Source: Chiloscyllium plagiosum (lineage: Eukaryota). Taken from it: a stretch of DNA of 42,676 nt. The DNA lies in the NCBI RefSeq assembly GCF_004010195.1, contig NC_057718.1, positions 227,035 through 269,710 on the forward strand, given 5' to 3'. Positions 34,493-42,676 of this stretch are shown here, in pieces. The notes below the pieces were generated by a model. It was not told the origin of the DNA and made no database searches. It saw nothing but the letters and a program-made list of their open reading frames with translations. A program made the translations under genes and the position numbers. Within the stretch, counting starts at the first letter, position 1; every line of letters begins with the position of its first letter.

Positions 34493-34752
34493 TCCTGTTG
34501 TGTCTGTGAGAAAGGATTCACTCAGACATCTGAACAACTCGTACATCAGCAAGTTGACAGTGGGGAGAGGACATTCACTTGCTCCACTTTTGGGAGTGGC
34601 TTTACTCAACTGTCACGGCTTGTGACAATGGGGAGAGGCTAATTATCTACAGTGTGTGTGAGAGAAAGGGTTCAGAACTTCATCCAACCTTATGACACGG
34701 ATTCACACTGGGGAGTGGCCATTCACTTGTTCAACCTGTGTAAAAGGATTTT
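34493..34752 (+). pseudogene. Decayed C2H2 zinc-finger array (~4 fingers)
   Basis: CCVCEKGFTQTSEQLVHQQVDSGERTFTC...GFTQLS...(frameshifts)...[17 protein letters not shown] shows C2H2 spacing and HTGERPF-type linkers. Confidence 0.7.
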
Positions 34753-34764
34753 ATCTGTGACTCT

Positions 34765-35470
34765 GGGGCTAAATGGGGAGAAAATGCAGCAATCAGAAGT
34801 GCAAAGGGACTTAGGAGACCTAGTTCAGGTGTCTCTTAAGGTAATTTTTCAGGTTAGGAAGACAAAACAATTTTGTCACTCACATCGAGAGGCCTAGAAT
34901 ATAAAAGCAGGAATGTATTTCTGAGGCTTCATAAGGCACTGGTCAGCCCACATTTAGAGTATTGTGAGCAATCCTGTGCCCCACACCTCAGGAAAGATGT
35001 ATTTGCCCTGGAGTGGGTCCAGAGGGATGTTTACAAGAATGAACCCAGGAATGAAACACTTACCAAAGCAGGAATCTTTGAGGACTCTGGGACTGTACTT
35101 GATAGAGTTTAGAAGAATGAGGGGGATCTGGTTGAAACTTTCAGAATACTGAACAGCCTGGACATTGGGAAGATGTTTCCATTGATATGAGAGACCAGGA
35201 CCCGAGGGCACAGCCTTACAGTAAAGGAAAGCCCTTTTAGACCAGACATAAGGAGAATCTCCTTTAGCCAGAGTGATGAATCTATTGGAATTCATTGCCA
35301 CAGAAGGCTATGGAGGCCAGATCATTGAGTATATTAAAAACAGAGATAGATAAGTACTTGATTTCCAAAGAAATCTGGAGTGAAATACTTATTAGCCATG
35401 ATTGAATGATGGCGCAGACTCAATGGCTAAATGATCTAATTTCGGCTCCTCCATCTTATCGTCTTATGGT
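34765..35470 (+). mobile_element. CR1 LINE 3' end, decayed
   Basis: Encodes QQSEVQRDLG and LHKALVSPHLEYC, with tail tcttatcgtcttatgg. Confidence 0.85.
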
Positions 35471-35482
35471 TTTTTAATAACA

Positions 35483-35830
35483 GACAGAAGGAGATCGGTG
35501 TCAGTGACTGAGGGATAGAGAGTGAGGGTGATAGGCAAAGAGAGGGACAGAGAGTGGGACAGAGAGGGGGATCAGAAAGAGAGCAGGATACAGGGGCAGA
35601 GTTCGAGGGGCAGAGATCGCAGGAAAGAGAGACAAAAGTTGAGAGTGTGGGAGAAAGAGACAACAACACAAATGGGAAAAAGAGAGAGCAGGAGACAAAA
35701 AAGAGAGAGAACAATAGAGAGACAAGAGAAGAAACTTTTTAAAAAGTCAGAATTATAAAGAGAGAGAGAGCTACAGAGAGAGAGAGAGAAAGAGGGAGAG
35801 AGAAAAAGATGGAGAAAAAGGAAGAAGTTA
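35483..35830. repeat. GA-rich low-complexity tract
   Basis: Purine-rich (GA)n-like sequence. Confidence 0.8.
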
Positions 35831-36374
35831 CTCAGAGACAGGTTGCTGCTCACCATTGCCGTGGCTCCCAACTCCCTCCCTCTCTCGATGGTTTATTTCT
35901 CTCTCTCCCTCTCTACCCCCCCGTGCCCCCCAACAACCATGTGGGAGACTGTCTCTCACACGCAGGGATCCTCTGATTCTCACCTCCTAGATCCACCCAC
36001 AGGGCAAAAGATGTATAGCTGCCAAGACCTGGTTTATAAGCCCCAAAGTCTGTCCATCAAACCTCTCTCTCCTCCCCATCCCAGTTTGTCCAATCAGATC
36101 CCAGCTCTCGAGCTTGAACACACCTCGTCCAGGTGCATTGTAAACCAAGAGGCTTTGTGAGTTTTGGTGAAACAGTGAGTATTTATACTCACAGTTCTCC
36201 TTCCCGGCTGCCCCTCTGCTTGCCGTCACTTCCTCTGCTGCTCCCGCTCTTTCTGTGAAGGAGAGGGAAAACAAAACACCGATGCCCGCTACGGGTAAGT
36301 AATTTTGAAAAAAACTCTTACCTTAGCTGTAGTCTCCCGGGTTCACCTCAACTCGGTCTCTCCTAAAACAGTAA

Positions 36375-36640
36375 TGATCTCCCTCAACCTCTTCCAACAG
36401 GGAGGAGACACAGAGGCTTGAAAACATGGACGAGCATGCTCAGGGACACTTCCTTCCCTACCATTATTAGACTGACAAATTGACATCTCTCACTTTTCAA
36501 ATAATATTAACCTTACTAATGTCGATCTTACTTCGCCCACCTCCTGTGAAGCTGTAACCTTGTATGCCTCACTCTGTCCAAAGACCCTGTGATCTCTGTT
36601 TTCTTGTTTAGGGTCTTGTGCTTGCACTACAATAAAAACA
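36375..36640 (+). mobile_element. Rex1/Babar-type LINE 3' end
   Basis: QPLPTGRRHRGLKTWTSMLRDTSFPTIIRLTN* resembles the Rex1 C-terminal LPSGRRYR...SFFP.AIRLLN. AATAAA at 36631. Confidence 0.6.
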
Positions 36641-37399
36641 AACCTTTCCATTGTTCATTTGACTAAAATAAACGAAACCAAAGCAGATCAAACACGTGGA
36701 CTGCAGTGGCTCAAGGTCTTCTCAAGGGCAACTGGAAAAATGAACTCATGCTGCCCCAGTCAGATATACCCATATCTAATTAATAAATATAAGAAGATGA
36801 CCACACTTAGGAAGGACAGACAGAGGGAAGCAAATCGCTTTCAACATGATCTTAGATATACACAGTTTTCCCTCACTATTTGTAAGTAGAGTGCTCCTAC
36901 AAAACCATTCACAAGCAGATATGGTCTAAAGTGCAGTAGCACTGATTGAAATGGGAAGATTTTCGACTTTCTTCGCAAAAGTGAAAATCCTGTTCGGATT
37001 TCTTTTGGTTAGCGAAACAATGTCCTAATGTAAGTCATTCCGAAAGGGAAGTGGCGAAAAGCAAACTTTTGAAAAGCGGGTGATACCTTTATTTACATGG
37101 ATATGATATTCAGGAAGATGGGAAAGGCGAAAAATAAATTAGGTGAATCTCACATTTTATATCGAGACCAGCTGATCATCATTCTTTTTGTTTGCTCTTT
37201 TTCTTCTTTATCTTTCTTTCTCTCTTGATTCCTCCTCCCCTTCAAAGCAGACTTCCCTGTCAAAGGTATTAATCACATTCCTTTCCAGCTGCTTTCAGTT
37301 CAGGCAACTTTCTCAGCACTTTCTGCTCGTTTCTTTGCATTTCTTTCTATAATTTCAGATTTTCAGCTACTTTCTTTATTTGATTTCACCTTCAATTTT

Positions 37400-37770
37400 G
37401 TTAATTCGTGGGATGTTGGCATCTCTGCCAAGGGCAGCATTCGGTGACCATCACTAATTGCTCTGATTATGAGGCCATTCCACAAGCCAATATACAGTTA
37501 AGCACATTGTCATGGGTCTCAAGTCACAATTAACCCAGATCGGGTAATAACATTAGATTTCTTCACTGAAGGCGATCAGTGAAAGATGAAGGTTTCAGAC
37601 AAAATGTTGCTTTTATGTTTGTTTTTCGTGAAATTCACTTTTATTCCAATTCTTATCATTTTTATTTAAGTTCTGTCATCAGCGGAAGTGGACTGAAACA
37701 CATTATTTGAAATAATATCTTTCGTTTAATAAGCTTTGCTTCTGAATTACATCCAGCGACATTCCTACAT
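37400..37770 (-). mobile_element. Old SINE remnant (possibly SacSINE1/DeuSINE-like)
   Basis: Decayed match, from memory, to the shark SINE motif gggatgtgggc..cagcatttattgcccatccctaattgc..cacattgctgtgggtctggagtcac. Confidence 0.4.
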
Positions 37771-38199
37771 TCATATATTGTCTTAATCATGAAGTAACGT
37801 CCGAGACTAGAGCAATTATGTGATTGAAATATTTGTAATCGGAAAAGTGGTCAGAAGAGAGCTTGAAACATTAAGTCTGAATTTTACCAACGTGCAGCCA
37901 ATGGTTGGTTCAGCAACAATACTGACACAGAGATGGAGATTGGGGATATGAGGAGCTGGGAGTGGACAGGTTTGGTGACAGAGTGAACACGAGACATAAA
38001 TCAGCTCAGGTTGAAACGGGATCTCGAGGTTGTGCACAGTTTTGTTCGCAGATGTTTGTGAGGGAGTGGTCTGCAATTCATGGGTAATGAATGGAGACTG
38101 CCATTGAAACGGGAGACAATAGTTTCTTTCTCTGACAAATATAGATAACAGAAATTGCAACGAAGTTCAAACTTGTTTATGGGATTAATGAATGCACAG

Positions 38200-39012
38200 N
38201 NNNNNNNNNNNNNNNNNNNNNNNNNNNNNNNNNNNNNNNNNNNNNNNNNNNNNNNNNNNNNNNNNNNNNNNNNNNNNNNNNNNNNNNNNNNNNNNNNNNN
38301 NNNNNNNNNNNNNNNNNNNNNNNNNNNNNNNNNNNNNNNNNNNNNNNNNNNNNNNNNNNNNNNNNNNNNNNNNNNNNNNNNNNNNNNNNNNNNNNNNNNN
38401 NNNNNNNNNNNNNNNNNNNNNNNNNNNNNNNNNNNNNNNNNNNNNNNNNNNNNNNNNNNNNNNNNNNNNNNNNNNNNNNNNNNNNNNNNNNNNNNNNNNN
38501 NNNNNNNNNNNNNNNNNNNNNNNNNNNNNNNNNNNNNNNNNNNNNNNNNNNNNNNNNNNNNNNNNNNNNNNNNNNNNNNNNNNNNNNNNNNNNNNNNNNN
38601 NNNNNNNNNNNNNNNNNNNNNNNNNNNNNNNNNNNNNNNNNNNNNNNNNNNNNNNNNNNNNNNNNNNNNNNNNNNNNNNNNNNNNNNNNNNNNNNNNNNN
38701 NNNNNNNNNNNNNNNNNNNNNNNNNNNNNNNNNNNNNNNNNNNNNNNNNNNNNNNNNNNNNNNNNNNNNNNNNNNNNNNNNNNNNNNNNNNNNNNNNNNN
38801 NNNNNNNNNNNNNNNNNNNNNNNNNNNNNNNNNNNNNNNNNNNNNNNNNNNNNNNNNNNNNNNNNNNNNNNNNNNNNNNNNNNNNNNNNNNNNNNNNNNN
38901 NNNNNNNNNNNNNNNNNNNNNNNNNNNNNNNNNNNNNNNNNNNNNNNNNNNNNNNNNNNNNNNNNNNNNNNNNNNNNNNNNNNNNNNNNNNNNNNNNNNN
39001 NNNNNNNNNNNN
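38200..39012. other. Assembly gap (N run)
   Basis: Continuous N run. Confidence 1.
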
Positions 39013-39652
39013 TAATAGCATGCTGGCCTTCATAACGAGAGGGATTGAGAATAGAAGGAAAGAGGTTCTTCTGCAGCTGTACAGGGCCCTGGTGAGACCA
39101 CACCTGGAGTACTGTGTGCAGTTCTGGTCTCCAAATTTGAGGAAAGACATTCTGGCTATTGAGGGAGTGCAGCGTAGGTTCACGAGGTCAATTCCTAGAA
39201 TGGCGGGATTACCTTACGCTGAAAGACTGAAGCGGCTGGGCTTGTATACCCTTGAGTTTAGAAGACTGAGAGTGGATCTGATTGAAGTTATTAAAGGATT
39301 GGACACTCTGGAGGCAGGAAACATGTTTCCGCTGATGGGTGAGTCCCGAACCAGAGGACACAGCTTAAAAATAAGAGGTAGGCCATTTAGGACAGAGATG
39401 AGGAGAAACGTCTTCACCCAGAGAGTGGTGGCTGTGTGGAATGCTCTGTCCCAGAGGGCAGTGGAGGCCAGTCTCTGGATTCATTTAAGAAAGAGTTGGA
39501 TAGAGCTCTCAAGGATAGTGTAATCAAGGGTTATGGAGATAAGGCAGGAACAGGATACTGATTAGGAATGATCAGCCATGATCATATTGAATGGTGGTGC
39601 AGGCCTGAAGGGCAGAATGGCCTAATCCTGCACCTATTGTCTATTGTCTATT
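39013..39652 (+). mobile_element. CR1 LINE 3' end (same subfamily as 8598-9370)
   Basis: Encodes [24 protein letters not shown], with tail (CTATTGT)n. Confidence 0.9.
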
Positions 39653-39654
39653 GA

Positions 39655-39776
39655 TACACACACAGACACACACACACACAGACACACACATACATACATA
39701 CACACTCACATAGAGACACAGACACACTCACACAGAGACACAGACGCACACACACAGACACACACACACAGACACA
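39655..39776. repeat. (CA)n-like microsatellite
   Basis: Imperfect CA/GA dinucleotide run. Confidence 0.9.
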
Positions 39777-39851
39777 AGCCCTCGACCTGAAATCCATACA
39801 GAGACAAAGAGCTACAGGTTCAAACCAGCTGCAACAGATAAGTGAGCTTCC

Positions 39852-40190
39852 AGGGCAGAACAGTGGCTTAGTGATCAGTGCTGTTGCTTCAAAGGCGGAT
39901 AGACCCGATATCAATTCCGCCCTCAGGTAGCTGCCTGTCTGCAGTTTACAGATTCTCCCAGTGTTTGCAAGGGTTTCCTCCATCAGTCCAAAACACGTGC
40001 TGGTTAGATGAATTGGCCATGATAAATTACCGTGTAGTGTCCAGAGGTGTGTAGACCGGGTGGTCTAGTCATGGAAAATGCAGGGTTACAAGGAGAGGGT
40101 AGGAGGGCATGCTGGGTGGGATGCTCTACGGAGAGGTTGGTGTGGACTCAGTGGACCGAACGGCCTTCAGCCACAATATATGGATTCTTA
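39852..40190 (+). mobile_element. Degenerate HE1-like SINE
   Basis: gggcagaacagtggcttagtgatcagtgctgttgcttca...gggtttcctcc...gaattggccatgataaatt...gtgtggact. Confidence 0.7.
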
Positions 40191-40469
40191 AAAGAATTCA
40201 GCAAACAAAGAACTCAGATTTAACACACAAGGAACACAGGACTTTCAGAGAGACCAAAGTAAGGTGTGAGTAAGCAGTAAAGTCAGTGAGTTTACTTTTA
40301 ATGAGGTTCTGTGAATGAGTATCAATCAATTTCACAGCTCCACATCAAGGGATTACATGGATCTATTGTCAGGGTGAACGTTTGTTCTTTGTACAAATGA
40401 TCAAGAGGTTATTAGTCACACTTCCCTCCTCCCTACCAATAGAGCGAGGGAGAATCTGGGGCAGAGGGT

Positions 40470-41075
40470 GCTGCACGCGACAGTCCCCGCAACAGCAGAT
40501 TGCGGTGGTTCACGGACTCCCAGTCCAACTACTTATTCTGTGGACCGTATATATATTGGGTGTGGGTGCTGGCACTCCCTTTTCAGTTTTCTGAAAAACC
40601 TTCTCCTCTGTTTCTGGTTACACTTCAGCCCCACCCTCCTGATCTTCGGACACCCGGTACAGAGGGGGAGGGCAGGTCAGAGGACCTCCTCGTGGCTCTG
40701 CTCATGGGCCCGGCCAAACTGGCCATAAACAGGTCCAGGCAGCGGGCCGTGGAGTGGGTCGTTAGGGCCGACTGCCTGACCCTCTTCCGCAGTTACGTTA
40801 GAGCCAGTGTGTCTCTGGAGAAGGAGCACACGGTGTCCACCAGTAGCCTTGAGGTTTTCAGGGAGAGGTGGGCACCGTGGGACGTGGTGAGTTTCAATTC
40901 CCCCTCCAACTCTATTTTAATTTAATCCCTGCCCTCCCCTTTCACGTTTTGATCACACAGCATTGCCCTTTGATGAGAAGTGCATTGCTTGTCATTGGCC
41001 ACTTGGATGTTTCCTTCCTTCCTGCTGGTGGAAAATGAATAAAGATTTATATACTTGTTTTTTTCACTGTGTCTC
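40470..41075 (+). mobile_element. Tx1-type LINE 3' end (second family)
   Basis: Encodes LKNLLLCFWLHFSPTLLIFGHP / LLMGPAKLAINRSR...FRERW, with AATAAA in the 3' UTR. Confidence 0.7.
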
Positions 41076-41091
41076 ATGGTGGCATTACTTC

Positions 41092-41357
41092 ATTATCGAA
41101 TCACTAAAGTTTGGAAACTGGCCATTTGGCCCAACAAGTCCACACAGACCCTCCAAAGAGTAACCCACCCAGACCCATTCCCCTATTACACTACATTTCC
41201 CTTGAGTAATGCATCTAACCTACACATCCCTGAACACTATGGGCAATTTAGCGTGGCCAATTCACCTAACCTGCACATCTTTGGATTGTGGGAGGAAACC
41301 GGAGCAGTGGAGGAAACCCACGCAGACATTGGGAGAACATGCAAACACCACACAACA
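41092..41357 (-). mobile_element. HE1-like SINE, 5'-truncated
   Basis: V domain and tail as in the other copies; no tRNA head. Confidence 0.8.
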
Positions 41358-41575
41358 TGGGAAAAAAGAATAAGCACTACCACAGTTAGGCGGTGCTGCA
41401 AGATTAAAGAAAAACAAGAAAAAAAATTAGAATAAAAATAGATTGAGGGAGATTACGGTACTGTCCCACCTTCTCATCAACATTTCATCACGAAAAGCTG
41501 GGAGTTATCTGTTTGCACAAATTGTGTTAAAAATGGTTAAACTCAGGAAGTGTCAGTTGTTGCACACAGAGTCAG

Positions 41576-41714
41576 CATGTGTGTATGTGTGTGTCAGTAT
41601 GTCTGTATGTTTGTGTTTCTCTGAGTGTGTGTGTGTTTCTGTGTGACTGCCTGTGTGTCAGTATGAGTTTCAGTGTGTGTTTCTGTGTTTGTCTGTATAT
41701 ATGTGTATCTGTAT
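41576..41714. repeat. (TG)n-like microsatellite
   Basis: Imperfect TG run. Confidence 0.85.
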
Positions 41715-41715
41715 A

Positions 41716-42676
41716 CATAGAGTCATAGAGATGTATAGCATGGAAACAGACTCTTCGGTCCAACCCGTCCAGTCCGACCGATATCCCAACCCAATCTAGT
41801 CCCACCTGCCAGCACCTGGCCCATATCCCTCCAATCCCTTCCTGTTCATATACCCATCCAAATGCCTCTTAAATGTTGCAATTGTACCAGTCTCCACCAC
41901 TGCCTCTGGCAGCCAGCTCATTACATATCTGTCCCACCCTCTGTGTGAAAAAGTTGTCCCTTAGATCTCTTTTATATCTTTCCTTTCTCACCCTAAACCT
42001 ATGCCATTTAGTTCTGGATCCCCAACCCCAGGGAAAAGACTTTGCCTATTTAGGGAGAAAGTGAGGTCTGCAGATGCTGGAGATCAGAGCTGAAAATGTG
42101 TTGCTGGAACAGCGCAGCAGGTCAGGCAGCATCCAAGGAACAGGAGAATCGACGTTTCGGGCATACCTGAAGAAGGGCTTATGCCCGAAACGTCGATTCT
42201 CCTGTTCCCTGGATGCTGCCTGACCTGCTGCGTTTTTCCAGCAACACGTTTTCAACTTTGTCTATTTATCCTATCCATGCCCCTCATAATTTTGTAAACC
42301 TCTATAAGGTCACCCCTCTGCCTCCGTCGCTCCAGGGATAACAGACCCAGCCTGTTCAGCTTCTCCCTATAGCTCAAATCCTCCAACCCTGGCAACATCC
42401 TTGTAAATCCCTTTCAAGTTTCACAACATCTTTCCGATAGGAAGGAGACCAGAATTGCACACAATATCCCAACAGTGGCCTAACCAATGTCCTGTATAGC
42501 CACAACATGACCTCCCAACTCCTGTACTCAATACTCTGACCAATAAAGGAAAGCATACCAAACACCTTCTTCACTATCATATCTACCTGCGACTCCACTT
42601 TCAAGGAGCTATGAACCTGCACTCCAAGGTCTCTTTGTTCAGCAGCACTCCCTAGGACCTTACCATTAAGTGGATA
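41716..42676 (-). mobile_element. CR1 LINE 3' portion, interrupted by a Penelope-like insert
   Basis: Encodes [19 protein letters not shown], with tail (CTCTATGA)n on the minus strand. Confidence 0.9.
42053..42257. mobile_element. Inverted Penelope-like pseudo-LTR pair with hammerhead core
   Basis: A minus copy (42053-42165) abuts a plus copy (42166-42257). CTGAAGA..GAAACGTC lies at 42167-42194. Flanking repeat actttg[c/t]ctattta at 42039-42052 and 42255-42268. Confidence 0.85.

Noticed and set aside
37840..38199. Possible old L2-like LINE remnant (also ~4040-4480)
   Set aside because: Too decayed to support from the sequence alone.
38155..39523. 286-443 aa ORFs
   Set aside because: They span the N gap; the real part is CR1 ORF2.

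Overview
This window is vertebrate genomic DNA made up almost entirely of transposable elements. HE1/V-SINE-type SINEs and CR1/HER1-type LINE tails point to a cartilaginous fish (shark); this is inferred from repeat families only. No intact host gene is visible. The main structure is a pair of related class I (gamma/epsilon-like) endogenous retroviruses about 2.7 kb apart, with 5' LTRs adjacent and reading away from each other. ERV-A (12637-22298, minus) is near full length: two ~730-bp LTRs, a tRNA-Pro PBS, gag ending in an in-frame TAG read-through junction, pro-pol (DTGA, YVDD, RNase H, IN), a gamma-type env and a PPT. It is disabled by frameshifts, deletions and nested insertions. ERV-B (25006-30739, plus) has a 4-bp ATTG target-site duplication. 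It has lost most of gag-pol but keeps the splice donor, splice acceptor and env. Both copies share one integrase frameshift, which suggests descent from an already defective progenitor mobilised in trans. The rest is CR1, Tx1/L1, Rex1 and Gypsy fragments, HE1 SINEs, Penelope-like ends carrying minimal hammerhead ribozyme motifs (two families), a CT-rich satellite, a 42-bp minisatellite, a decayed C2H2 zinc-finger array, a candidate CCAAT/TATA promoter and two assembly gaps. All identities and difference counts are by-eye estimates.
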